64,000 bases of DNA. It comes from Laetmonice hystrix. Taxonomy: Eukaryota. How positions within the stretch are numbered: the stretch's first letter is position 1; the number at the start of each line of letters is the position of its first letter. Below the pieces are notes generated by a model, which worked only from the letters and a program-made list of their open reading frames with translations, did not search any database and was not told where the DNA came from. The position numbers and the translations under genes are program-made. Positions 27,230 to 40,568 of the stretch are shown piece after piece. The stretch covers positions 46,750,001 to 46,814,000 of the forward strand of contig OZ249436.1 of assembly GCA_965235115.1 (NCBI GenBank). Direction: 5' to 3'.

Positions 27230-28149
27230 CTGAAAGGTCATCAGAAGGTCATCTGTGAGTGAACGACTGCATGAGCACATAAACAATGATGGACAAAAAG
27301 AGAAACAAATACAATTGTGACATTCAAATACAGTTTTCATTGCTCAATCTCAGAATGCCATCAGGAACCTGATGTGTTTAATTACGCCGGACATCAATTG
27401 GCGAGGTGGTCGTCACTAATGAGCAAGTGGCATTTTATCTGAGCCCAGCTACAGGCCAAAACATTTAACTGGATTAAAGGAAGCACTCCACTGCCATACG
27501 GCCGTGTCATGCTGAACCAGGCGCCTGTGTGCCTTGTCCCGGTTTATATCGATGTATATAACATGGGTACTAGGAAGGATTTGCCAGGCGTTTGGTCCGT
27601 TCATGTAAAATAGATCGGTTGTTTTATTGGAGCGCAGGTGATTGATGTAACCCCCACATAGCGGCGCGACTTCCGCATTTTGTATTACTGTATATTTCTG
27701 GCCCATAAGGCGCACCATAGACGGAACTGAAGCGGGTGAAGGCTTATATGCAGAGGAAATATTCCTAAAACATATTTTGCATCAGCGACACGTTCTGTTT
27801 ACGCTATAATTGTGAGCCAAGTCAAGTATGCTGGAGAATAACCAAAAAAAACACAGCGCCACGATTCGATTCATTTGCCTCGACATCAGCGGATCAATAA
27901 AAATTGATGAGTTTTCGTGGAATTTCTCTTGCCTTCCTCTCAACAGCTGTCGGATGCTTTAATTGGACCAAGACCAGAGTAGAATATCAAACAAGCCTGG
28001 GCTGCCAACCTTGGAATCCGACATGTTCACAGACTGCACATTCCCAAAGTCTTAATAAACTCCCAGCAATTAGCTGAAGTGATAACCTGGCAGTTAATTT
28101 ACATCATTTAGCTCTTCATTAAGGCTCTCAACAAATTCAATTACCATTA

Positions 28150-29221
28150 GGGGCAGACCATTTAATAGCTGGGGGGAGGGTATGGTTTTTCTTTCTGACC
28201 AAACTTTTTTTTTTACTTTCAACAAAAAACAAACATTTTTTTTTCTCCCTGATCAAAAGCAAACAATTTTTTTCCCGAGGTGGCAGAGACAAACTTTTTT
28301 TTTCCGGGACATAATTCTGCAGCAACCATTAGAGAAATCTATGTTATCCCGTAAATTCCTGTTCCACAGACATAGGCGCCGGAAGATATTCACAGGTTGG
28401 CGGGGGGGGGGGGACCAAATCATAGGTTCCAAGTACCAAGTTTTGAAATGCTGGTGATAAGAACGTCGAAGGCGGGAAGCCTCGAGCGGGGGGGGGGGTC
28501 TGGGGGCCCTCCCCCCGAAAAATTTGAAAATTAATGTGCCAAATGCACGTTTTCCTGGCATATTGGAACAAAATCTAGGCCCGCTGACGGTCTGACCATC
28601 TCCTGCCACCTTGGAGCTGGGGGGGGGGCAAAACTATATGCTTCCCCCCAGCCAGGCAACAGGCGCCCCCTGCCCCCCGTTTCTGGCGCCTATGACAGAG
28701 GTTGAAGAAAATCTACAGTTCCTAGATATAACGGCTCTAACACAGTCTTAGGAATGTATGATTGTACTGTACTCAGCTTTGAACCATGCAGTACTTTTAT
28801 AATAGACTATGAAACAAATTGGAAGTTCTAATTGTCTTCACATATTTGTGGGCTTTCAAATGTCTTGTAGTGCAAGCGAATGTCTACATAAACCATACAA
28901 GTTATACATACTAGTATTCAAGTGCATGTCATATTGATATGTTTTACTCAGTATTGTACAGAGTATGCCTAACTAACACTGTTGACCGAGCGGAGCGAGG
29001 AGAATTTTTGGTCTTCTTTTATTTTTTTAGCAATTTCGGGCAGATTTTTTTTATAAATCTGCTGCCTGTCAACAATCTATTTTTTTCACTCACATTGCTA
29101 AACAAATTTTTTTTTTTACACACATTTGGGAGCAAACTATTTTTTTGGGTCAATTTGGCAAACAAACTTTTTTTTTACGAAAAAACCATACCCCCCCCCC
29201 AGCTATTAAATGGTCTGCCCC
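28150..29221. mobile_element. ~1.07-kb non-autonomous PIF/Harbinger-like element
   Basis: ~40-bp TIRs ggggcagaccatttaatagctggggggagggtatggttttt / aaaaaccataccccccccccagctattaaatggtctgcccc. 3-bp TTA TSD at 28147-28149 and 29222-29224. Confidence 0.85.
28371..28694. mobile_element. 324-bp MITE nested inside the Harbinger-like element
   Basis: TIR cataggcgccggaa / ttctggcgcctatg. 5-bp direct repeat ACAGA at 28366-28370 and 28695-28699. Confidence 0.8.
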
Positions 29222-29667
29222 TTATACTTTTTATGTTGTTAAGATGAATGTCTGAAGTCAGAACTTTTTAAACACTGTCTCATCCTGTGGCTAGTGGATG
29301 TAAAAGTGTAAGTTACCCTGTTTTTAATATTTGCTCCCGTGGACAGAGGGCTCAGTGGTTTCGACTTTTATAGTGGAGTTGGACAGTGGAGTTGGACAGT
29401 GGAGTTGGAAGGGATATGTTTAGTTTATGAGAGGTTGAGCCCCTGACCTGACCCCACCATCTGTTAGTAGGTGAGATTAACTCCCCATTTCACATTTTTC
29501 GGTATGATCGTTATGTACATGATGATCAGCTTGCAGTGTCTCCCATGTCCACACTGAAGATTCTGAAAGGTTTACAGTCGACACCTGGAGATTATTGCAG
29601 GAAATCTCCACCTGACATTTGGACCTAATCAAGCTGATCACTTCATCACTACCGGCCATTCTTCATC

Positions 29668-30170
29668 ATTGGGCGGGCACGCCTGCTGTGTGTGAATGCG
29701 TCACCACTGGGCGGGCACCTACTGCACGCCTTCTGTGTGAATACGATACCACTGGGCGGGCACCTGCTGCACGGCTGCTGTGTGAACGTCACCACTGGGC
29801 GGGCACCTGCTGCACGCCTGCTGTGTGTGAATACGTCACCACTGGGCGGGCACCTGCTGCACGCCTGCTGTGTGTGAATACGTCACCACTGGGCGGGCAC
29901 CTGCTGCACGCCTGCTGTGTGAACACGGCACCACTGGGCGGGCACCTGCTGCACGCCTGCTGTGTGTGAATACGTCACCTCTGGGCGGGCACCTGCTGCA
30001 CGCCTGCTGTGTGTAAATACGTCACCACTTGGCGGAGACCTGCTGCACGCCTGCTGTGTGTGAATACGTCACCACTGGCCGGGCACCTGCTGCACGCCTG
30101 CTGTGTGTGAATACGTCACCACTGGGCGGGCACCTGCTGCCCGCCTGCTGTTTGAACGTCACCACTGGGT
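29668..30170. repeat. ~47-bp minisatellite, ~11 copies
   Basis: Unit tacgtcaccactgggcgggcacctgctgcacgcctgctgtgtgtgaa. Confidence 0.93.
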
Positions 30171-31304
30171 TGGTACCTTCTTACAATTTATAGCCCACAT
30201 TAGCAAGATATCCTTGCCACTGAGCAGCTAGCAATCTTCAAAGCTTGACGGTTGCTCGTATTAATGTAGTAATAGTATCTCTAATGATGTACCAGTATGG
30301 AAGCCACACACAGGATAAGTAGTTCTGGTGCGTCTCCAAACGTTTTACACGTGTGAGCAGGACCCCGTAACAACCCAAACCCAGTCTCTCCTGGTAAGTA
30401 ACAGTACCGGTAGAGGGTGCTGTTTGAAGCGGTGATCTTCATCGTTCTTTGAAGTGGAGATTCTCAGGCGTTCGGACATTGATAAAGCCAATTTCCACAC
30501 GACTATCTCGCTATGGAACTACATCTTATATCATTTATCAACCTCCGACTGCACGGTCAAAAGAATATGCGCGAGCCGGTATCAGCTAGAGTTGTTAAAA
30601 TATGTGAAAGAGATAGAGAACTTAGCGAAAAGGGAACTGAACCGGCCCCTGCGGCAGCAATTACATTGGATATTCTCTGTTCCTATTTCAGGGCAAGAAA
30701 GTTGTATTCCTACTTCCTTCAACACTAAACCCGTGTTAAAAGATAGAATGATTGGTTAAAACTGACTGACAGAGACTTCAGCCTCATGTCGCCTGTCATC
30801 TTCACCAGTCCTCGACCAAGGACCGTCCAGCCCCGGACTGGGCGGCCCAGCCAGAACCTGTCAAAGATCTCCCACGAGGTTAACTATTCTAACACCCGGG
30901 TCAAGGTCTGAGGTCAAGGTCGCTGCGAAGAAACTCGGACCACGAATATGAAAGCTTGGTATTAATCACGTTCTTTCAATCATCTTCGACACCACCCTTT
31001 AACCGTGGGAGATGACATTTCCGATCTCTCAAAGACTCTACTCTTAAATAACATCAAGCCGCCAACTATGGCCGTCTCCATGGCAACAGTAGGTCAAGGA
31101 CAAAGTGGGCGAGGTGATCACTTTGTTTGGGCCGAGCCCCCCCCCCCCCCCCCCCCCGTCCGCTTCTTCCTGTCCCTTGGAGCCAGCCAATAATGATAAT
31201 ACACATAGTCAGTTTCAGTTTGAACACGGTACGTCGGCCTACATACCGCCCTTTTTAATCAGAGTAACAGCATTTCAGTCTCTCCGACACCACTTTCCTG
31301 TTAC

Positions 31305-32330
31305 CGACACAAGCCCACTGCTATCATAACTAGGTCTATGGGCAGTGTATGCTTCCACTGAGGGACACAAGCCCACTCCCATCATACCTAGGTCCATAGG
31401 AGCAGTGTGTGCCACACTGAGGGACACAAGCCCACTACCATCATACCTAGGTCCATGTAAGCAGTGTGTGCCACACTGAGGGACACAAGCCCACTACCAT
31501 CATACCTAGGTCCATGTAAGCAGTGTGTGCCACACTGAGGGACACAAGCCCACTACCATCATGACTAGGTCCATGTGAGCAGTGTGTGCCACACTGAGGG
31601 ACACAAGCCCACTACCATCATGATTAGGTCCATGTGAGCAGTGTGTGCTACACTGAGGGACACAAGCCCACTACCATCATGACTAGGTCCATGTGAGCAG
31701 TGTGTGCTTCCACTGAGGGACACAAGCCCACTACCATCATGACTAGGTCCATGTGAGCAGTGTGTGCCACACTGAGGGACACAAGCCCACTACCATCATG
31801 ATTAGGTCCATGTGAGCAGTGTGTGCTACACTGAGGGACACAAGCCCACTACCATCATGACTAGGTCCATGTGAGCAGTGTGTGCCACACTGAGGGACAC
31901 AAGCCCACTACCATCATACCTAGGTCCATGTGAGCAATGTGTGCCACACTGAGGGACACAAGCCCACTACCATCATGACTAGGTCCATGTGAGCAGTGTG
32001 TGCCACACTGAGGGACACAAGCCCACTACCATCATGACTAGGTCCATGTGAGCAGTGTGTGCCACACTGAGGGACACAAGCCCACTACCATCATGACTAG
32101 GTCCATGTGAGCAATGTGTGCCACACTGAGGGACACAAGCCCACTACCATCATGACTAGGTCCATGTGAGCAGTGTGTGCTTCCACTGAGGGACACAAGC
32201 CCACTACCATCATGACTAGGTCCATGTGAGCAGTGTGTGCTTCCACTGAGGGACACAAGCCCACTACCATCATGACTAGGTCCATGTGAGCAGTGTGTGC
32301 CACACTGAGGGACACACTACCATCATGTGA
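31305..32330. repeat. 59/61-bp minisatellite, ~17 copies
   Basis: Unit cactgagggacacaagcccactaccatcatgactaggtccatgtgagcagtgtgtgcca. Confidence 0.95.
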
Positions 32331-33574
32331 GGGACAGTGAGCTTCCATTTCCTCTCCTTGTCTTTAATAATCTCTCGTTCGCTTATTACCACGGAAGCCC
32401 ATTCCACAATTAATAAATTCTACATTAATGTACCAATCAAGGACAGGAGGACTGCAGGACCCCCCCCCCCCCCCCAGCCAGCCACTCGATCGATTCCTAG
32501 AATTCAGATGTTGACAACATGTTTGTAGATCTAGTATTGAATCGTTCCCCAAGTTTAAACAGCTGGCATGGCACTGGGACCTGAGAAAGCTCAGCCAGGC
32601 GTTATGAGGAGAAAATCCAGCCAGTCGGGCCGGGACAGCCATGTCTCCGGGCTGTCTCACTGTCTGGAGCTAACAGAACAAGATGGCCCCTACCGCCACC
32701 TGTCGGCCGTGTAATCACGTGACGTCCTGGTCCACAGACCGATGCCTCGAGGCAAGCTGCTTTATTTCAGCTCCGCTAAATTTACCACTGGGATCCTAAC
32801 CTACACAGGCCCTTTACATCGTCTCTAATAATACAGACTTGGATTGGTTCAATACCCCGGCTAATAATAGAAATGTCTTTATTTATTGGTTCTAACCAAG
32901 CATCAGTCTGTGGTTCATTCATTTAACGCTGCTTAGGCTGGTTAGCCAGAAGTTATGACTTCTTATCCGTCACACAAGTGTTATCTGCTTTCTGAGACAT
33001 GGATAATCCAGATTTAATTGACAAATTTAATGTTTGTAAGGTGACTACTACACTTTATAGTCAATCACAGTGCTTTAAGTCAAAGCAAAGGGTGTGCGAC
33101 GTCACAATACTTCAAACTGCCACGTCACATTGATGATGTACATGTGTACCAATGTGAACAGCGCCAAGACATTTTTATTTTGCTGATATTATTCGAAGAG
33201 ACCAACTCCAGCACATTCGATAGATGCAGATTTTACGATCCAACTCTTAGTGGTCTTAAGTCATCCCACACTTATTTGATGGTAGATTTTACTTGGTCTC
33301 AGTGAACTTAAAACATCCTGGAATCCGATAGAGCTCTGTGACCAGTTCTTTCTCATTCTGCGTTTGTCTACACCTCGATAGATATCATGACTCGTTACGT
33401 AAACAGGTAGGTCTATCCACACATCAATTAAATACCAGAAGAAGTATATTTCCCAAATACCAGGCGATCCAGGAAGTTCTTCCGACAACTGTGATGGTCC
33501 TATTGTACTGGGCCCCATAAATCTCCATAAGTTTCGATCATGATATAATTCAAATACCTTACTTACTTCCTGGA

Positions 33575-34358
33575 GACTGCTAGGTAACTTTACACAGACC
33601 ATCCCATTGACTGCTAGGTAACTTTACACAGACCATCCCATTGACTGCTAGGTAACTTTACACAGACCATCCCATTGACTGCTAGGTAACTTTACACAGA
33701 CCATCCCATTGACTGCTAGGTAACTTTACACAGACAAATCCCATTGACTGCTAGGTAACTTTACACAGACCATCCCATTGACTGCTAGGTAACTTTACAC
33801 AGACCATCCCATTGACTGCTAGGTAACTTTACACAGACCATCCCATTGACTGCTAGGTAACTTTACACAGACCATCCCATTGACTGCTAGGTAACTTTAC
33901 ACAGACCATCCCATTGACTGCTAGGTAACTTTACACAGACCATCCCATTGACTGCTAGGTAACTTTACACAGACCATCCCATTGACTGCTAGGTAACTTT
34001 ACACAGACCATCCCATTGACTGCTAGGTAACTTTACACAGACCATCCCATTGACTGCTAGGTAACTTTACACAGACCATCCCATTGACTGCTAGGTAACT
34101 TTACACAGACCATCCCATTGACTGCTAGGTAACTTTACACAGACCATCCCATTGACTGCTAGGTAACTTTACACAGACCATCCCATTGACTGCTAGGTAA
34201 CTTTACACAGACCATCCCATTGACTGCTAGGTAACTTTACACAGACCATCCCATTGACTGCTAGGTAACTTTACACAGACCATCCCATTGACTGCTAGGT
34301 AACTTTACACAGACCATCCCATTGACTGCTAGGTAACTTTACACAGACAAATCCCATT
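33575..34358. repeat. Highly homogeneous 34-bp minisatellite, ~23 copies
   Basis: Unit gactgctaggtaactttacacagaccatcccatt. Only two variant units (agacaaatccc) seen. Confidence 0.97.
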
Positions 34359-35967
34359 AGTTCCTGCCTGAGAAAATTGCCTAAACTTTGCCAATCGATC
34401 AGCGACTTTTCTATGCCCTTTTTGATGAGACGCGTTCCATTTTCTGAAGACTAAAAAGCTAGTTACCATAGTTGCTGCACTGCCCCCATAATACCCTGGC
34501 GGCTGCCCTCAGCCCGGAGATCGTCCTACATGATCATACACCACCTCAGCTATCAGCGTTCAGGATGGATGATCAGACGCTGGGAAGACGCTGGTCTGCT
34601 ACCGTGTGATTACCTCCACCATTACTAATCTCTACTTTAGACGCTATCACCCACACCCTCAGACGGGGTCAGGAAGTTAGGTCAGAGGTCTGGAGGTCAC
34701 CCCTGGGGTCAAGATACATCAAAGTGAGCAGCTGAGCTGTAGGACCTCCAGGTGTGACCTTCACAGGTAGAATAGCGTTCCTGTCCACCGTGGTACCTTC
34801 ATTCCTTCCCAGACCCTCCTCCTTGGGAATTGCACAGAACTCATTTATAAGACAGGCTATCATTCATCACACCAGCGTCTTTTGTAGTCTAAGACAGCAG
34901 AAAGAAGATAAACGGATAGTAACGGTAGGGATTCCAGCGAGAGGAGTTATTAGAACGAGTTCATTACTCATGATCAGGAAGGCGGGGGGGGGGGGGGTCT
35001 GTCTGACGTCAAGCCACCTTATATAGAACGACGTCTGCTCCCTATACGGAAGTTTTTATCTATTTTTGTTTATTAATATCCTTTTATATTTTACTCTGAA
35101 ATAACAGTCATCTAATCGAATATATCTAATGGTTTGTTTTAAGTTAAAATGTATGCAGTTCAGGTTTTTATTTTTTAGATTTTCAGATTTGATAAGATAT
35201 ATACAACCTACAGTGCTACCCCATATTCACCCTGTAAAACACCTGTGTAGCCAAGATTATCCATGGCCGCATTTCCCCAACCCTGCCAGTCAGTGGTGGC
35301 TGAAGATTTAATATTTTGCGGCCAATAAACTCTGATGAAAAGCTAACGGCTCTTTATGAGACGCCCCCTGGTGTTCCTCTAAAGAATCGACGTGATCTAT
35401 TAAGGCGTTTTTTCCTGATGTGGGTGATGAAGAGTCTCCTGAGCCATTTCTAGGAAACTGATGGCTGACTATGGCAGGCCGTGGGAGAACTAAGAGACCT
35501 CCTCTCCCGAGACCGAACCACATGTAGCCTTACTGCCAGACCAGGACCACGGCTTGCCATCAAACCGGAGCTGAAGGGGGGAGGCTTCACTTTAAATAAG
35601 TGCCTTCAACGACGTGCTGAGAATTACAAGGCGCCCAACAATGGCTTCACGGTAGGGACTACTCCCAGCAGGATATTAGCTATCGTGTCCGGGTAGTGAC
35701 AGGCGTTCTGGAGGCAGCCGTTCCAGGGACAGTAATTCTGCTCACAATAGGACCGGCTCATGGCTACCATTCACAGGAAGACTACGGCGCTGATTGCTCT
35801 CAGACCCGGAGATCTCAATACCGGTCAAACACGGCTGGGGAATGCCCACACTGGACGGGTTGTCTGGACGATGACCTTTGAACTCTGACCTTGGGTCATA
35901 GGTCATTGTGACCAGGAAAGCAGCGGTTGTCCGTTATCCACTTCGACCATTGTGAAAGTGGCTCGGA

Positions 35968-36353
35968 TGTGCAGGTCTTTACTGACAACTGATTTTACCG
36001 ACAACAGTTGTCAGTTTAGATCCAGGTCTAAACTGACAAATAATGATTACAAGCCGCTGGAATGGTAATCATGAATTTGAACTGATTCAGGAGATGACAG
36101 CACTAATATTGTTCTTACAGGTATTCCAAGTATTTTGTTAGATGCGACACACAAAATAACAAAATATGCACTGCCAATATTTTTGATTGTTGTAAGAAGC
36201 AATGCAGGCTACATTCCTGTCATTGGGAATCAGTTCATATTAGTGATTATCATTCCAGCACTATAATGATCATTATTTGTCAGTTTAGACCTGGACCTAC
36301 CGGTAAGTTGACAACTTGTCAGTTTAGACCAGTTGTCAGTTAAGACCTACACA
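35968..36353 (+). mobile_element. 386-bp long-TIR non-autonomous element containing a MULE-transposase-like fragment
   Basis: ~120-bp imperfect TIRs starting tgtgcaggtc / ending gacctacaca. ctcgga direct repeat on both flanks. Interior 36132-36227 reads ILLDATHKITKYALPIFLIVVRSNAGYIPVIG. Confidence 0.75.
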
Positions 36354-37102
36354 CTCGGAGTCGAGACGTATCTCGTTCGGTACAGGCTCCGATCAAACCG
36401 TTCATACTTTCAGCTTGAGAACCATGGCTCCATCCAGCTGGTCAACATTCCTGTAGTTTTACTTCAATCCAAATCAATTCTGTTTTCACCGCTTTAAATT
36501 AATAATCTGATCCAGTTCCCTACGCTATTGACTTTCTAGTTCACTTGAATCGTGAAGGGAATTTGTTGCTGATCAGGTTACAATGTAGTTGGTAAATTTT
36601 TCATTGCCTCAAGTCTCCCTCTGAAACCAATATGTGTAAGATACTAATCAGAACGCTACTCCCACGCATTCGAAACATTCCTCTAATTAAGATTCACTCG
36701 GACAATTCAACTCCACGAAAAGACTCAGGCATTTGTCTCAAAATCGATGCAATTTCGGAGTAATTTAGCATCACTGAAATCCAGCAGTGGACTATTTATC
36801 ACACAATTTAGGGGTGTACTCCTAACCTCTTGGTGCATCATACATTCAGAAACTAATCCCTTAATTATTATTTTTGCTTGAGTTTTCTCAGGTACTCCAC
36901 CTCGATTTAGAATACTGGATGTTACGGAGGCGTAAAGTCCCAAGCAATATGCAAGTCAGCAACTGCCAGCAAGGGCCGGGCGTATTCTTACACAATGTCA
37001 ATAAAGATTTTCTGTCTGTCTGTCTTTTCTGTCTGCTATAACTGGGGAGGGTCACCAGTTGTGTCATGAATGGCACTCCTGCTGGCGCCTCTAATATGTT
37101 CT

Positions 37103-37333
37103 GATTATGGCCCTAAGTCTGGGATGGCATTCTGATTGTGGCCCTCAGTCTGGGATGGAAATCTGACTATGGCCCTAAGTCTGAGATGGAAATCTAACTA
37201 TGGCCCTAAGTCTGGGATGGAAATCTGACTATGGCCCTAAGTCTGGTTTGGAAATCTGACTATGGCCCTAAGTCTGGGATGGCATTCTGACTATGGCCCT
37301 AAGTCTGGGATAGATTTCTGATTACGGCCCTAA
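37103..37333. repeat. 31-bp minisatellite, ~7 copies
   Basis: Unit tatggccctaagtctgggatggaaatctgac. Confidence 0.9.
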
Positions 37334-37624
37334 GGCTTGAGAAGACATCAGTAGCACTTCAACTCATTTTCCTTAGTTCCGTAAACCACCACCAGAGGCC
37401 CTGTTAGCGCATGTATTTGCTTATTCAAGATAGCAAAATAGATTTAATCTACCGTTGATGATAATTTGTGCGGATCCCTTCTTAGTGAATCTCGCTGTGA
37501 ATGAAGCTGTTCATGGCGCTGTATCCAATTTATTCCTTTACCTTGATCTCGTAACAGATTCCAGACATCAATGTGAGGCGGGGGCGAGCCATTCATTGCA
37601 GTAATTCACGCTCCACCCAGCCGT

Positions 37625-38339
37625 AGCTAACAGTGGCACAGTGGATTAGCTAACAGTGGCACAGTGAATTAGCTAGCAGTGGAGCAGTGGATCGGTTAGC
37701 TGTGGAGCAATAGATTGGCTAGCTGTGGAGCAGTGGATCGGCTAGCCATGGAGCAGTGGATCCGATCGGCAAGCCATGGAGCAGTGGATTGGCTAGCCGT
37801 GGAGCAGTGGATAGGCTATCCATGGAGCAGTGGATCAACAGTGGATCAGTGGATTAGCTAACAGTGGAAAAGTGGTTTAGCTAACAGTGGTGCAGTGGTT
37901 TAGCTAACAGTGGAGAAGTAGTTTAGCTAACAGTGGAGAAGTGGTTTAGTTAACAGTGGAGAAGTGGTTTAGCTAACAGTGGAGAAGTGGTTTAGTTAAC
38001 AGTGGAGAAGTGGTTTAGCTAACAGTGGAGAAGTGGTTTAGTTAACAGTGGAGAAGTGGTTTAGTTAACAGTGGAGAAGTGGTTTAGCTAACAGTGGAGA
38101 AGTGGTTTAGTTAACAGTGGAGAAGTGGTTTAGTTAACAGTGGAGAAGTGGTTTAGCTAACAGTGGTGCAGTGGTTTAGCTAACAGTGGAGAAGTGGATT
38201 AGCTAACAGTGGAGAAGTGGTTTAGCTAACAGTGGAGAAGTGGATTAGCTAACAGTGATGAGGTGGTTTAGCTAACAGTGGAGAAGTAGTTTATAGCTAA
38301 CAGTGGTGTAGTGGTTTAGCTAACAGTATAGAAGTGGAT
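37625..38339. repeat. 23-bp minisatellite, ~30 copies, degenerate at the left
   Basis: Unit tagytaacagtggagaagtggtt. Confidence 0.93.
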
Positions 38340-39744
38340 ATAATTTATGTTATCGGATCCAGCCATGCAGGCAGCGTTAAGCCAGGATTAGTGATGTTTC
38401 GGCATACTCCATGATCTGACACCAGTCACGGCTAGTCCATGCACATCAAACCGCTTACGTCCATACACTGTCTAACTTCCAGATTAGTAACCATAGCAGA
38501 ACGGATCACGTCGTGCAAGGCACAGATCTGGAAGACACTAATCCACTGACATGTCTCTGTGCTACCGACATAAGTAAGAGAGGAATATCCGGACAGAATT
38601 ACCCAGGCGTCATTACAGGCGTCACTACTGGCGTCAATGTGAGAAATACACTGGACACAGCAGACCATATCCTCAGTTGTCAATATTATCTCCTGTCGTT
38701 CACATTTTTCCGCAGTTATTTTCAGTTTCTAAAGATTGCAGCACCAATTAATCCATCAATTATTTCCACCGCTTCCTCACTTTCAGAGTTCCCTATAACC
38801 GTCACTTAACGTGGAGAGTAAACCCGAGTCTGGTGATCAAAGCTCTCCTTGATCGGCTGATGATCAACACCTGAAATAAAACCGATGCTGGTCACAGAGT
38901 ACATGTCCTTGGTGACTGACATCTTCTTAACAACACCCTACAGCTGTGATCTAGGATCAAAGACTACAAACGAATAACGACCCTGACCAGATTAATGGCG
39001 CTGAAATCCGGAATCAATCTTCACATATAACTGATCTGTGACATACACACCTCAAGCTAAGTCAGGGTGTGTGTTGGTGGTACAATATACCATAACCAGG
39101 ATATAAGGAACTGTCGTTTGGTACATCAATCAATAATATAAAAACAAAAAAACAAATTCGTCCGGCAATGTGGTGAATCTTAACATAACCCTTTCATATC
39201 CATATTAGCTCGCGGCAAAATTAGTGCTAGGCTGATGGTTCAGTACTGGGCAAGGTATTTGTTGATGTTTGTCTTGTGGTGAGCACCTGATGTTTGTTCT
39301 GTGGTGAGCACCAACAGACACAGCGGATGCTGAGTTTACCCTTGACATGCACACCCATGCACACCCGTGAATTTTCCCGCCATTGTCCGCTGAACGTTTT
39401 TAGGACCAATTTACTGCCCAGCCCCTCACCACCCTGGCGGAAGGACGTGCGTGACCTGCTAGGAGATCGACCAGCAACAGGTCTTCGTGCAGAGGTGACC
39501 AACAATGAGAGCGTGGTTTGTTACTTGGAGTCCTTCCACCAATCTTGTGGTCGGACATAAAACTGTCGTTCGTGATGTGAATACCGTTAAACCTCTCAAT
39601 AAGGAACAAATCTGGCAAGGATAAAAGATCTCTTCTTCTGGAGAATTTTCTTAAGTGGAATCTCATGCACCAGAAAAAACGCTCATGAATGCACTAATCT
39701 CAACGATACAGGGCGACCCATGGTCAGCCAGTCCCAGTATCCTT

Positions 39745-39950
39745 CACTGGCACACTCAGGTCCAGTTTATAACACTGGCGCACGTCCAGTTTATAACACT
39801 GGCACACACTCGGTATCCTACACTGGTACAGGCCCAGTTTATAACGCTGGCACACGCCCAGTTTATAACACTGGCACACACTCGGTATCCTACACTGGTA
39901 CAGGCCCAGTTTATAACACTGTCACACGCCCAGTATACTAAACTGGCACA
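39745..39950. repeat. Short compound tandem repeat
   Basis: ccagtttataacactggcacac units alternating with ctcggtatcctacactggtacagg. Confidence 0.8.
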
Positions 39951-40568
39951 TGACTGAAATTGAGATTTTAGCTTCCCCCCCCCCCCCCCCCAGTAGCCCA
40001 GTAGTACTTGACTTAAAATGTACAACGTCTTGGTGGTTCTTCTCCTTCATTGCTGTCGCTCTTGTACTGCTCCAGATATAATGCAGACCAATGATGGCGA
40101 ACTAATGGCCTGAAGGCGGCGGCTGGGGTGGGCGGGGGGGGGGGGGTAGGGTGAGACGGGGGGGGGGGGCAGGGTGAGACGGGGGGGGGGGGGGCGGGGA
40201 GACCGGGACTGCGACTGCCCACGCCTACCGATCTGTCCCCCGACACCCACGTCAGAGATGATGGATGAGTTCTGTCTCCTTGGTGATGGAAGTCCTCCTG
40301 GTCAGTCTGGGTCCTCCTGCATACATACCCTGGAGATTGTACCCCTGGGCACGCATCAGTCGCACGCACACCCCGCTATGTCTAACATACACTCCCGCCA
40401 ATATACATGCTCTATTACTCAGGCAACAAGAAATTGTGCTTTTCTTTCTAAATTTCATGAAATGCACCTTTAAAAAACCCAACCGACATCTGGAGCGCGC
40501 ACCGAATTGCGTAATTGTAAATGAGTCGGTCAGGTTGGTTTATTTATTTCAATTTCCGTTTTGACTGC

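Noticed and set aside
33261..33602. ORF with SSLQEVSKVFE, vaguely like LINE RT 'SLLSxVSKVFE'
   Set aside because: The similarity is a few residues only and partly derived from the adjacent repeat; not supportable without a search.
33575..34358. CRISPR-like regular 34-bp repeats (also the 3340-6327 and 60524-63890 arrays)
   Set aside because: Units are head-to-tail with no unique spacers, there are no cas genes, and the context is a eukaryotic intron.
39227..39560. GC-balanced ORF pair that might be an alternative exon
   Set aside because: No convincing splice signals or homology.
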